Source of the DNA: an uncultured Bacilli bacterium
Lineage (GTDB): Bacteria > Bacillota_I > Bacilli_A > RF39 > UBA660
Length of the DNA: 64,000 nt
Assembly: GCA_934162665.1 (NCBI GenBank)
Contig: CAKPJN010000007.1
Coordinates: forward strand, 2,479-66,478
Direction: 5' to 3'
Shown one piece after another: positions 1 through 9,696 of this stretch; the first letter of the stretch is position 1, and every line of letters starts with the position of its first letter. The notes beneath the pieces were generated by a model. That model was not told the DNA's origin and made no database searches. It saw only the letters and a program-made list of their open reading frames with translations. The translations under genes were made by a program, and so were the position numbers.

Positions 1-1491
1 TTCTATATCTCTAACAAATATAGTATAATCACCAGGATTTCCAAGTTTTTTAGCATCATCTGATAAAGAATACTGTGTTTTTGAAACACAAATAGGAAGA
101 TGAGAATGAGCATCATTTTCTAAAGAATTAATTTTATTCATTGCAGTATCACTATATGAAATATCTTTAGCATGATATATTTCCCTACATAAAATTTCTA
201 TTTTCTCTTTAATAGGCAACTCACTATCATATAAATAATTAAAATTATTTTCTAAATTACAAGCATCAATTACCTTTTCGGCTAAAGATAGCGCTCCCTT
301 TCCACCATCAACATAAGCTGAACTAACCGCAAACTCTATATTATTATTAGAACAGTATTTTGAAACCACATCTATTTCACTAGAAGTATCAGTATTATAC
401 TTATTTAAGCAAACTACTATATTAACTCCAAATTTTTTCAAATTATTAACATGTGCTTCTAAATTAGAAAGACCAATCTTAACAGCTTCTACATTTTCTT
501 TTAAAATATCATCCTTAGAAACAAAAGCATTATATTTCAAAGCCTTAATTGTCGCTACTAAAACAACTACATCAGGAGAAAGATTTCCATTTCGGCATTT
601 AATATCGAAAAATTTCTCAGCTCCAAGATCAGCTCCAAATCCTGCCTCTGTAACAACATAATCAGCTAAAGAAAGCCCAAGTTTTGTCGCAACTAAACTA
701 TTACATCCATGAGCTATATTCGCAAATGGTCCACCATGAACAATAACTGGATTATTTTCAAGAGTTTGTACAAGATTAGGTAAGAAAGCATCTTTTAATA
801 TAACAGTTAAAGCACCCTCAATTTTTAAATCTCTAGCATAGACTTCTTCATTTTTACTATTATATCCTATAACAATATTTCCAAGTCTACGTTTTAAATC
901 ACTTAAAGAATTAGCTAAACAAAATAAAGCCATAATTTCAGATGCAGCAGTTATATTAAACTTTTCTTCTCTATCAGCTAACCTAATATTTCTTAAAGCT
1001 CTATCATTCACATCCAAACATCTATTAAAAACAACTCGCCTAATATCTAATTCATTACCCTGATATATATGATTATCAATAGCTGCAGATAATAAATTAT
1101 TTGCAGAACTAATAGCGTGAAAGTCTCCCGTAAAATGTAAATTAACTTCATCCATAGGAATAATCTGACTATATCCCCCTCCAGTTGCGCCACCTTTCAT
1201 ACCAAAAACAGGTCCCATAGAAGGTTGTCTTAAAACTGCAATAGAATTTTTACCAAGTCTACATAAAGCATCATCAAGTCCAATACTAACAGTTGTCTTT
1301 CCCTCCCCATACGGAGTTGGATTAATAGCGGTAACTAAAATAAGCTTACCATGCTTACTACCATAATTAAGTCTTAACTTTGCTTTATTATCACCATAAG
1401 GAATTAAATCATAAGAACTATCAGATATCTTTTTAAAAATATCACCAATATTTAAAGATTTTGCTAAAGAAGCTATTTCTAAATCTGTCAT
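1..1491 (-). CDS. fhs: Formate--tetrahydrofolate ligase, partial (3' end beyond window start)
   Basis: Minus-strand translation from ATG at 1491 (RBS AAAGGGTGA upstream) reads MTDLEIASLAKSLNIGDIFKK... and contains the FTHFS P-loop PTPYGEGKTT. Absent from the ORF track because the frame is open to the window edge. Confidence 0.8.
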   Translation of the reverse strand, partial: MTDLEIASLAKSLNIGDIFKKISDSSYDLIPYGDNKAKLRLNYGSKHGKLILVTAINPTPYGEGKTTVSIGLDDALCRLGKNSIAVLRQPSMGPVFGMKGGATGGGYSQIIPMDEVNLHFTGDFHAISSANNLLSAAIDNHIYQGNELDIRRVVFNRCLDVNDRALRNIRLADREEKFNITAASEIMALFCLANSLSDLKRRLGNIVIGYNSKNEEVYARDLKIEGALTVILKDAFLPNLVQTLENNPVIVHGGPFANIAHGCNSLVATKLGLSLADYVVTEAGFGADLGAEKFFDIKCRNGNLSPDVVVLVATIKALKYNAFVSKDDILKENVEAVKIGLSNLEAHVNNLKKFGVNIVVCLNKYNTDTSSEIDVVSKYCSNNNIEFAVSSAYVDGGKGALSLAEKVIDACNLENNFNYLYDSELPIKEKIEILCREIYHAKDISYSDTAMNKINSLENDAHSHLPICVSKTQYSLSDDAKKLGNPGDYTIFVRDIE

Positions 1492-1716
1492 AACAATATC
1501 ACCCTTTCATAATAATGATTATACACCTAATAATAAATATTTTCTACTTTTATAAAACTTGTATTTTAAAAACCATTTTTTAAGGAAATTTGTACAATTT
1601 ACTATAAATTTAACAAAATTCAAACATTTTAATAGCTGAATTTTAAAAATTCCTCGTTTGTCATATAACTTATAATTTGTTAACATCTTAAACATTAAGA
1701 AAAAAGGAGGAATTTT

Positions 1717-3174
1717 ATGAAAAAAATATTAATTTTCTTAATAACTATTTTAAGTATAACATTAATACCTACAAAGAATGTATATGCAACTACTACTAAT
1801 TTTTATGAAGGAGAATATATACCAGGAATATGGATGAATAAAGTTAAAAATGGAACTAAATATTATCAAACAGCTAGATTTTTTAGACAACAAATAACTA
1901 ATAACTTTGCCTACTGTATTGAACCATTTGAAATGTTTAATGAAAATTCAACTTATGAATCAACAATATCTCCATACAATCTAACTAATGAACAAAAACA
2001 AAAAATTTCCTTAATTGCTCATTTCGGTTATGGTTATATAAATCATACAGACATTAAATGGTATGCAATAACACAAATGATGATTTGGAAAGAATCAGAT
2101 CCATCAGGCATATATTACTTTTCTGATAGTCTAAATGGAAACAAAATATCAATATATGAAAGTGAAATGAACGAAATAAATAACCTAATAAATAGTTATT
2201 TAATAACCCCATCAATATCTAATCAAACATATAACATAGTAGAAGATGAAGAATTAAATATAATAGATACCAATAACGCTCTAACAAATTACAAATTAAT
2301 AGATAACCTAAATAATAATATAACAATAATTAACAATACATTAAATATCAAAAATCTAAAAGAAGGCACCTATGATATAACCCTAATAAAAAATGATAAT
2401 ATATTTAATAGACCATTAGTTTTCTATCAAGGAATAAATACTCAAAATTTAGTAGAAGCTGGTGACATAGAAACTAATACAAATCTTAAAATAATAGTAA
2501 ATAAAACAAAATTAGAAATTATAAAAATAGATAGTGATACCAAAACAACAATACCAAGTGGTGAAGGCAAGCTTGATGGCGCAATATACGAGTTACTAAA
2601 TGAAAATAAAGAAAAATTAACTGAACTTACAATTGATAAAGATATGCATAGTAAGATTGAAAACTTAAAATATGGAAAATATTATCTAAAAGAAATAAAA
2701 GCAGGAATCGGTTATGAACTAGATCCAAATATATATGAGTTTACGATTGATAAAGAACATACTAATATTGAAATGATATTAGAAAATAAAATTATAAAAA
2801 AAGAAATAGAACTCATAAAAGAATATGGTAATGGGATAGACTCAAATTACGAAGAAAATATATCATTCAATATATATGATAAAAACAATACCTTAGTAAC
2901 AACTATAACAACAGATAATGAAGGTAAAGCAAGTATAACTCTACCATATGGAAATTATACTATAAAACAAGTTAACACAACACCAGGATACAATTTAACC
3001 GATGATTTAAATATTTCAGTTACAACAAATGAAAAAGAAAGCTATAAATTATATGATTATAAAATAAAAGTGCCTAATACAAGAATAAATAATAAAAATA
3101 AAACTTATTTAATAATACTAGTATTACTACCAATTAGTTTAATAATATATGAAAAGAAAAGAATTAATAATTAG
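1717..3174 (+). CDS. Secreted surface protein with N-terminal thioester-domain-like region, two Cna-B/prealbumin-like repeats and C-terminal membrane anchor
   Basis: Strong RBS AAGGAGG 8 nt upstream and a signal peptide. YCIE and TQMMIW motifs match the [YF]C.[DE] / TQxA.W thioester signatures. Two repeat units (GAIYEL..YGKYYLKE..GYEL and ..YGNYTIKQ..TPGYNL) look like Cna-B folds. The C-terminus is a hydrophobic stretch plus a charged tail (LIILVLLPISLIIYEKKR). Confidence 0.55.
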   Translation: MKKILIFLITILSITLIPTKNVYATTTNFYEGEYIPGIWMNKVKNGTKYYQTARFFRQQITNNFAYCIEPFEMFNENSTYESTISPYNLTNEQKQKISLIAHFGYGYINHTDIKWYAITQMMIWKESDPSGIYYFSDSLNGNKISIYESEMNEINNLINSYLITPSISNQTYNIVEDEELNIIDTNNALTNYKLIDNLNNNITIINNTLNIKNLKEGTYDITLIKNDNIFNRPLVFYQGINTQNLVEAGDIETNTNLKIIVNKTKLEIIKIDSDTKTTIPSGEGKLDGAIYELLNENKEKLTELTIDKDMHSKIENLKYGKYYLKEIKAGIGYELDPNIYEFTIDKEHTNIEMILENKIIKKEIELIKEYGNGIDSNYEENISFNIYDKNNTLVTTITTDNEGKASITLPYGNYTIKQVNTTPGYNLTDDLNISVTTNEKESYKLYDYKIKVPNTRINNKNKTYLIILVLLPISLIIYEKKRINN

Positions 3175-3697
3175 TATTAGTATAATTTTATTATATATAA
3201 TATTATGTAATATAATCTATAATAAAAACTATATAATAAAAAAATATACTACTAATAATAATGAAATAAAAATATCATCTGGAAATAAAATAAATAATGA
3301 AATAATTGGTAAAATTATAATTGACAAGTTAAATATATCAAACAATTTATATAATAAAGAAAGTATTCATAATAATGTTAATGAAAATATTACTATTTTA
3401 AAAGAATCTATATCACCAGATAACATCAATAGTATTATGTATATTGCCGCTCATTCTGGTACAGGAAAATTAGCTTACTTTAAAAATTTAGATAAATTAG
3501 AAATCAATGATCAGATAATTTTAATATATAAAAATAAAAAATACACATATCAAGTATATAAAATCTGGGAAGAAAATAAAAATGGCTATATTCATATAAA
3601 TAGCATAAATGAAAAACAATTGATTTTAACAACATGTAGTCCCAACCATAAAAACAAGCAATTAATAATTAGTAGCATATTAAAAGAGTCAAATTAA
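3149..3697 (+). CDS. Sortase-like transpeptidase (divergent; conserved Arg not evident)
   Basis: N-terminal TM anchor, His motif IAAHSGTG and Cys motif LILTTCSP (TLxTC-like). Overlaps the 3' end of the upstream surface-protein gene, suggesting translational coupling. No Arg follows the Cys, which is atypical. Confidence 0.45.
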   Translation: MKRKELIISISIILLYIILCNIIYNKNYIIKKYTTNNNEIKISSGNKINNEIIGKIIIDKLNISNNLYNKESIHNNVNENITILKESISPDNINSIMYIAAHSGTGKLAYFKNLDKLEINDQIILIYKNKKYTYQVYKIWEENKNGYIHINSINEKQLILTTCSPNHKNKQLIISSILKESN

Positions 3698-3703
3698 TTG
3701 ACT

Positions 3704-4987
3704 CTACTTTTTTGTAGTAATTACTTCTAATGCTTTTTGTAATTGATTATCATTTGAATCAATAGGATTATCCCAATAAGAAGAATTAAGTTCTATAACT
3801 TCATCAGGACTAACACCAACTTCATTAATCCAATTTCCCTTAGGTGTTAACCACTTTTGTACTGTAAATTTTAAACTAGAACCACTTGATAATTCATAAG
3901 CTTGTTGAACTGTACCCTTTCCATATGAATTAACACCCACAATAACACTATCCTTATATGACTCCTTAAAACAAGCAGCCATAATTTCAGAAGCAGAAGC
4001 ACTATTAGAATTTATCAAAACAGCAACCTTATAAGTACGCTTTTCATTAGTCAAAGAATAAACTGCTTCCTTCACACCTTTTGTTTCTAATTGATATAAA
4101 ATTTTATTCTTAGGTAAAAACAAAGATAAAATAGATGTGACCTGATTTAAATGACCACCAGGATTATCACGTAAATCAATCACTAAGGAATCAATTTGCT
4201 TTTTCTCTAAACTTTTAAGTTCTTTGTTAAATTGACTATATGTATTAGCTGCAAAAGTAGAAATAATAATATATCCAACCTTCTGATTATTAACTTCAAA
4301 TATCTTACTAGATACAGACGGAATTTCAATATTATCCCTTACTACTTTAACATCAACTGTATCATCACCACGTATAACAGAAATACTTACTGTTGTGCCT
4401 TTTTTACCTTTAATCATATCTGTAACTTTATTAATATCAAAAGAGCTAACATCTTTACCATCTATTGTTTTAAATATATCTCCAACTTTTAACCCAGCCT
4501 TAACAGCGGGAGATTTTGGAAATAACGCAACAATTTGATTTTTACCATTAATATAAGAAACAGTTGCCCCTATACCTGTATATGATCCATCAACTGTTTG
4601 ATTAAATGTTTCAGTTTCAGAAGAATTCATATAAGATGAATAATTATCACCTAAAGAATTTATCATTCCCTCAATCGCAGCATTTAATAACTCTTTTTTA
4701 TCAACTGATTCATAATAATTATTAACAATATTATTATAGGTAGAAATAAATTCATCTAAATTACCAGACTTATTACTAGATGAAATAATGTGTTTATTAG
4801 GATTATAACTATAAGTAATAACTCCCCCTATTATTCCTCCAAATAATATAGAGATAATAATAATGGCGATAACTTCCGCCATATTAAACCCGGTTTTTCT
4901 CTCAACTATAACTTCTCTTATATCATCTTCTTTTAAAGACTCTTTTTCACATTTCTTAACAGCCTGATTTTTATCTTTATAAGCCAT
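3704..4987 (-). CDS. ctpA: S41 family C-terminal processing peptidase (PDZ domain)
   Basis: Motifs DLRDNPGGHL and the PDZ-like GDIFKTIDGKDV, with an N-terminal TM anchor. Confidence 0.8.
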   Translation of the reverse strand: MAYKDKNQAVKKCEKESLKEDDIREVIVERKTGFNMAEVIAIIIISILFGGIIGGVITYSYNPNKHIISSSNKSGNLDEFISTYNNIVNNYYESVDKKELLNAAIEGMINSLGDNYSSYMNSSETETFNQTVDGSYTGIGATVSYINGKNQIVALFPKSPAVKAGLKVGDIFKTIDGKDVSSFDINKVTDMIKGKKGTTVSISVIRGDDTVDVKVVRDNIEIPSVSSKIFEVNNQKVGYIIISTFAANTYSQFNKELKSLEKKQIDSLVIDLRDNPGGHLNQVTSILSLFLPKNKILYQLETKGVKEAVYSLTNEKRTYKVAVLINSNSASASEIMAACFKESYKDSVIVGVNSYGKGTVQQAYELSSGSSLKFTVQKWLTPKGNWINEVGVSPDEVIELNSSYWDNPIDSNDNQLQKALEVITTKK

Positions 4988-5067
4988 ATAATCACCTCAT
5001 ATAATACATTACTATAATATCATATTAACAAAGAAAAAAGAAGATTTATCTTCCCTAAATTACAAAA

Positions 5068-5144
5068 TGGCGCCTCAACTAGGACTTGAACCTAGGACCC
5101 CTTGATTAACAGTTAAATGCTTTAACCAACTTAGCTATTAAGGC
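5068..5144 (-). tRNA. tRNA-Asn (anticodon GUU)
   Basis: Manual fold of the minus strand. Acceptor GCCTTAA/TTGAGGC, discriminator G and encoded CCA; D-arm GCTA-AGTTGGTTA-AAGC; anticodon loop CTGTTAA; T-arm CTAGG-TTCAAGT-CCTAG. Confidence 0.7.
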
Positions 5145-5153
5145 GAAAGAAAA

Positions 5154-5669
5154 CTACTTCAAATAATTTTCTATATCACTTTCTCCCTCTATATAATCAC
5201 TAACTTTTCCTTCTTTAAAATGAATAAGCGTATTATCTTTTACTTTTAAGTCATTAACAGAACTAGGATTAGTATTAGAAGAATCACTAATATATTTTTT
5301 ATTTAATGCACTATTAGTATCTACAATATAAACATTTAAATGACTATCCTTATCTTTATAATTACTAACTAAATTAGTATAACTAGATTTCAAGTCACTA
5401 ATTGAATTATCATAATATAACACTAAATACTCATCACCCATATCAAAACTAGAACTTGCTAAAATAGTTTGATAAGATATAGAAACTTCTCCATTACTAC
5501 TAACATTATTAGAAGTAGTAGTATTCGGTTTATTTAATAAATACACTGTAAGTAAATAAAAAACCACTAATACCACAAGAACAATAACCAAAACTTTTAT
5601 AGTTTTAATAACTTGTTCCCTAAAACTATTATTACTATAATTTTTATTTTTATAAGCTTTGTTTTTCAC
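5154..5669 (-). CDS. Hypothetical single-pass membrane protein
   Basis: ORF with a K/N-rich N-terminus and one TM helix (VLVIVLVVLVVFYLLTVYLL). No recognisable domain. Confidence 0.4.
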   Translation of the reverse strand: MKNKAYKNKNYSNNSFREQVIKTIKVLVIVLVVLVVFYLLTVYLLNKPNTTTSNNVSSNGEVSISYQTILASSSFDMGDEYLVLYYDNSISDLKSSYTNLVSNYKDKDSHLNVYIVDTNSALNKKYISDSSNTNPSSVNDLKVKDNTLIHFKEGKVSDYIEGESDIENYLK

Positions 5670-5693
5670 TATATCACCAAAAAAATTATATCA

Positions 5694-5720
5694 CATTTAA
5701 AAAAAGAGGTAAACCCTCTT
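5694..5720 (-). terminator. Rho-independent terminator downstream of lipoprotein gene
   Basis: On the minus strand the hairpin AAGAGG-GTTTA-CCTCTT is followed by a T7 run, just past the stop at 5727. Confidence 0.55.
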
Positions 5721-5726
5721 TAATGA

Positions 5727-6725
5727 CTACTTCATAGTAGGCAAAACATTAATAGACTGTGCAACATCAATAAGTTCATTTTGATTTAAAATATCACTAA
5801 CTAAATAATACTCAATTCCACCAGTTGTCCAAGATAATGAATTATCAGTCATAACACCAATTGTATCCATTAATCTAAAAGGTTCACCATAAGTTGGAAT
5901 AATAGTTGGTTCATCCTCGATATTAACAGTTTCCTCTACTAATAAGAAAGATTTTTCTCCATCAAAAGTCATAATTATTCTTTCTCCATCATCCTTTTTA
6001 ACCCTTTCTTCATTAGTTAATTTAGTACCGCTAGGTAAAGTTAATGGATAAATAGAATCTTCTAAACTACCTGTTTCTTCTACCAAAGAATTATCAATCG
6101 AAACTTCTTTCATAATTTTATCTAAGTCAAAATAATCTTTTTTAAATGTTGGAGAATAATCTATACTTTTATACTTCATAGTCATAATACCAATATTATT
6201 TTTATCATAAACTGTAACTTTCTTTATATTAAGTTTTTTATTAAGTTCAATTTTTTGAGAAACTAATTTACTATTATTAGGATAATTAACTTTTGTAGTA
6301 AAAGTATATCCATTCTTTGTCTCAGTATACTTTTTTGAATCATCATTTTTTATATCATTTACTAAAGCAGACAATAAATATATTTGAGAATTATCATAAG
6401 GCCAATCACTTTGGAATTTAAAACTCTTATTCAACGACGGAGTTAATAAATAAACACCATCTTTATTTTTCAATATGATTTGTGTATGATCATTAGCCAC
6501 ATTAGTAATACTTACCTTATAATTATTATCCTTCTTATAACTAACTTCAATATTATAATTATAAACATCATCATTATTAACTATTTCTAAAGTACCACTA
6601 ACTTTATAACTAGATAACTTAGTTATCTTCTTTGACAAATCATTGACAACATCTTTATCAGTATATTTTCCACATCCACTAACTAAAAAAAATAAGGAAA
6701 GCAACAGCAAACAGATTTTTTTCAT
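5727..6725 (-). CDS. Lipoprotein (lipobox LVSGC), function unknown
   Basis: Signal peptide MKKICLLLLSLFFLVSGC with a lipobox. Sits downstream of cdaA-cdaR in the same orientation. Confidence 0.5.
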   Translation of the reverse strand: MKKICLLLLSLFFLVSGCGKYTDKDVVNDLSKKITKLSSYKVSGTLEIVNNDDVYNYNIEVSYKKDNNYKVSITNVANDHTQIILKNKDGVYLLTPSLNKSFKFQSDWPYDNSQIYLLSALVNDIKNDDSKKYTETKNGYTFTTKVNYPNNSKLVSQKIELNKKLNIKKVTVYDKNNIGIMTMKYKSIDYSPTFKKDYFDLDKIMKEVSIDNSLVEETGSLEDSIYPLTLPSGTKLTNEERVKKDDGERIIMTFDGEKSFLLVEETVNIEDEPTIIPTYGEPFRLMDTIGVMTDNSLSWTTGGIEYYLVSDILNQNELIDVAQSINVLPTMK

Positions 6726-6801
6726 AATTCACCTCATCAATATCTACTTAATTATATGGATATAAACTTATTTTATTACAAAAAAAGAAATAGTATTTTT
6801 A

Positions 6802-8190
6802 CTATTTCTCAGAAATTTTAACTTTAACCTTTTTAGTCTTAGAAACATATGTTAATTTCAAATCATCACCAGTTACCTTGACTTCGACTTCATGTTCTCC
6901 AACACCATAATCTTTTAAATCAATATATGCCTTAATTGAAGATGTTTCTACTACATTAACTATATCTTCACTACCAGATACAACAACATTTACCTTACTG
7001 TCAGCTTCAGATAATGCTTGAACCTTATATTTTTCATTAAGATTTTCAGTAGAAATTTGAATATTATTAAATTCTTTAGTAATAGAATTATCAATAATTA
7101 CTTTAACAGTCATAGTCTTAGAACTTAATTCCGTAATACCAGCTGGTTTTTTCAATGTAATTGTATAATCTTTATTTTTATCAAGACCTTCTACATCAAT
7201 TTCAGCCTCTATACTATTAACCTTATCCAATGAAGCTTTATCACCATAGATAGTTACTTTAGATAAACTAGCATTAATAGATTTAATAGACTTACCAAAT
7301 GCTAATGATCCCTTTGGAACAACTTTTACTGCTACTTCTTTACTTGGTGATGATATTTGTATTTTAGCATCAACCTTTCCAGGAACAATTTCAACATCAA
7401 CTATTTTTCCATTAGTATCATATGCAACTAAAGGAACATCTTTTAAAGTAAGTTCGCCTGCCTTAGGTTTACTAATACTATTAACATCAACTAAAGCCTT
7501 AACAGTCGCAACTTTCTTTAACTTATAGTCAGCACCCTTAATAATAACATTATCTCTATCAAGTTCTACACTATCTATAGATAACTTACTATCAAGACTA
7601 TCTTGATGTAAAATATCAACTGTTAAACTTCTTGTTTCACTAACCTTTTCATATATTGTAACTGTAATCTGTGAAGGATCAAGTTTATAATCTAATGACT
7701 TCAATCTTTGAGAATATTTCAATTCAACCCTATGATTACCAGGTTTCAATCCAGTTAAATCAACAGTCGCTCCTTTCGAAGGAGATTGCTTAGCTAAGAA
7801 AATATGCCGTCTTTGACCTATTAAAGTTATATCAACTTTTTTTGGAAGGCCTTCAACTACATATAATTCTTCATTATAAACAGCTGTTACAGGTTGATTA
7901 TATAAAATTTCAGCATATTGATCTATCATAACAGTAGATTCATTATCAATGATTATAAATACCCCAAAAGCCAAAATCAAACTAACAACAATCAAAGTAG
8001 ACTTTTTACTAATAAATCTATCTATAGACTTACCATTATCTTTAAAAAAGTCAACAATCTTTAAAATAAATTTAGTTAAAGGAGTAATTAACCATTTATC
8101 AAAGAATGAACCAATACGATGAAAAATTTTACCAATTGTTTTACTTATTTTCTTCATATATATCTTCCTCATCCATTTCATCTTCATCAA
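6802..8190 (-). CDS. cdaR: CdaR, YbbR-domain regulator of diadenylate cyclase
   Basis: N-terminal TM followed by repeated YbbR-like beta-rich modules. Lies immediately after cdaA as in Bacillus. The true start is probably an internal Met (about 8157), because the annotated start overlaps cdaA by 50 nt. Confidence 0.6.
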   Translation of the reverse strand: MMKMKWMRKIYMKKISKTIGKIFHRIGSFFDKWLITPLTKFILKIVDFFKDNGKSIDRFISKKSTLIVVSLILAFGVFIIIDNESTVMIDQYAEILYNQPVTAVYNEELYVVEGLPKKVDITLIGQRRHIFLAKQSPSKGATVDLTGLKPGNHRVELKYSQRLKSLDYKLDPSQITVTIYEKVSETRSLTVDILHQDSLDSKLSIDSVELDRDNVIIKGADYKLKKVATVKALVDVNSISKPKAGELTLKDVPLVAYDTNGKIVDVEIVPGKVDAKIQISSPSKEVAVKVVPKGSLAFGKSIKSINASLSKVTIYGDKASLDKVNSIEAEIDVEGLDKNKDYTITLKKPAGITELSSKTMTVKVIIDNSITKEFNNIQISTENLNEKYKVQALSEADSKVNVVVSGSEDIVNVVETSSIKAYIDLKDYGVGEHEVEVKVTGDDLKLTYVSKTKKVKVKISEK

Positions 8191-8974
8191 AATCTAAATC
8201 TTGTTTAGGTCTCAACTCATCAATTAACATCATTCTAACATCATCTAAAGCTAAGTTATAGAACAATTCACCCTTTACAGCTATTGAAACACGTCCAGTT
8301 TCTTCTGATACAACAACACAAATTGCATCAGTTTCTTCTGCTAACCCTAACGCAGCTCTATGTCTAGTACCTAAACGGCGATTAAGCTTAGGACTACTAC
8401 TAGTAGGGAAAACTGCCCCAGCACAAGTAACTCTATCTCCTTGAATAATAACACCACCATCATGCAAAGGATTACCTTCATAGAAAATAGCAATTAACAA
8501 ATCACTAGATAAATCAGCATAAAGTTTCTTTGCTTTATCAATATAATTACCTAAACTAATATCCCTCTCTAAAACAATTAAAGCACCTATTCTTTCCTTC
8601 TTCATATATTCAATCGAATTCATAAGTTCATAAACAACACGTTCTCTCTCATCAACTGTTAAGACTTTATGTCTTCCAAGTAATTGACTTCTACCAAGTT
8701 GTTCAAGAATAGTTCTAATTTCAGGCTGAAAAATAACAATAAGCGCTATAGGTCCCCACTGAATAATATATTCGAGTAAAACCTCAATAGTAGTAAAACC
8801 ACACCAATCCGCAACAAATTTTAAGATAATTACAAATGCAACTCCCTTAAATAATAAAGAAAGTTTAACATTATTTTTTATATTTTTTAAAATAAAATAA
8901 AATATCAACCACACTAAAGAAATATCAATAATCTTCTTTAGAATAGAAAATACAGTAGTTAAAGTAATTGTCAT
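8141..8974 (-). CDS. cdaA: Diadenylate cyclase CdaA (c-di-AMP synthase)
   Basis: Three N-terminal TM helices, then a DAC domain with HDGGVII, GTRHRAALG and ETGRVS motifs. Confidence 0.85.
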   Translation of the reverse strand: MTITLTTVFSILKKIIDISLVWLIFYFILKNIKNNVKLSLLFKGVAFVIILKFVADWCGFTTIEVLLEYIIQWGPIALIVIFQPEIRTILEQLGRSQLLGRHKVLTVDERERVVYELMNSIEYMKKERIGALIVLERDISLGNYIDKAKKLYADLSSDLLIAIFYEGNPLHDGGVIIQGDRVTCAGAVFPTSSSPKLNRRLGTRHRAALGLAEETDAICVVVSEETGRVSIAVKGELFYNLALDDVRMMLIDELRPKQDLDFDEDEMDEEDIYEENK

Positions 8975-9018
8975 TACATCGTCTCCTTCAAAATTCTCTT
9001 AAATAATTATGCATTTAA

Positions 9019-9201
9019 TTACAATTTCTGATTTTCAGAAACACTTATATCAATATAAGCTTGTTTGTTTTTCTTGTTATTTAAGTAACGTTCACCTAAA
9101 TAACCAATACACGAACATATTAAAATAGAATTAATTATCACAACAGCAATATATAAAGGACCATCCAATATATCTCTAAAAAAAGTAATTATAAAATCCA
9201 A
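9019..9201 (-). CDS. Small membrane protein (60 aa)
   Basis: Short ORF with one hydrophobic helix. Weak support. Confidence 0.25.
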   Translation of the reverse strand: MDFIITFFRDILDGPLYIAVVIINSILICSCIGYLGERYLNNKKNKQAYIDISVSENQKL

Positions 9202-9279
9202 TATATCACCCCTATCTTTACATACTATATCATAACATTTTAATAAAAATTTCGCAACAAATTAAATTCATAATAAAAA

Positions 9280-9355
9280 TGGTGCCGATTAAAGGACTTG
9301 AACCTTCGACCTTTACATTACGAATGCACTGCTCTACCAACTGAGCTAAATCGGC
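9280..9355 (-). tRNA. tRNA-Thr (anticodon CGU)
   Basis: Manual fold of the minus strand. Acceptor GCCGATT/AATCGGC, discriminator A and CCA; D-arm GCTC-AGTTGGTA-GAGC; anticodon loop TTCGTAA; T-arm GAAGG-TTCAAGT-CCTTT. The 27:43 pair is mismatched. Confidence 0.65.
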
Positions 9356-9416
9356 AAATAATCATACATATATTATAAACCAAAAACAACATAAAAAAAA
9401 GACTTAATTAAAAGTC

Positions 9417-9632
9417 TTAGTGGGACTCTATATGATTAAATAGTAGTCCTATATTAATAAGGCCAGCAATACCAACAATAACATAGATAATTGTTGTTAA
9501 AACACTACCATCACCAAATATAGTTGTTACTAGATTAAAATCCAATAGTCCAGTAAGTCCCCAATTGATGGCACCTATAATTGTAAAAACTAATGCCGTT
9601 TTTTGTAAAATTTCCATTTTTATTCCTCCCAT
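9417..9632 (-). CDS. DUF378-family small membrane protein
   Basis: IGAINWGLTGLL...VIVGIAGL pattern typical of DUF378. The likely true start is the internal Met (MEILQK). Confidence 0.5.
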   Translation of the reverse strand: MGGIKMEILQKTALVFTIIGAINWGLTGLLDFNLVTTIFGDGSVLTTIIYVIVGIAGLINIGLLFNHIESH

Positions 9633-9696
9633 TTTTATTGTGTACAGAAATAAATATTTTATAACAAAAAAAATAAAAAAATATAATTAGCTAATA

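Noticed and set aside
4232-4492. Short ORFs fully embedded in or antisense to larger genes (4232-4492, 9977-10186, 10776-11021, 12417-12623, 12780-13085, 14547-14771, 19405-19602, 21630-21830, 23150-23341, 23881-24075, 27773-27991, 34053-34247)
   Set aside because: All overlap well-supported genes on the opposite strand or in another frame and have low-complexity composition. Treated as spurious.
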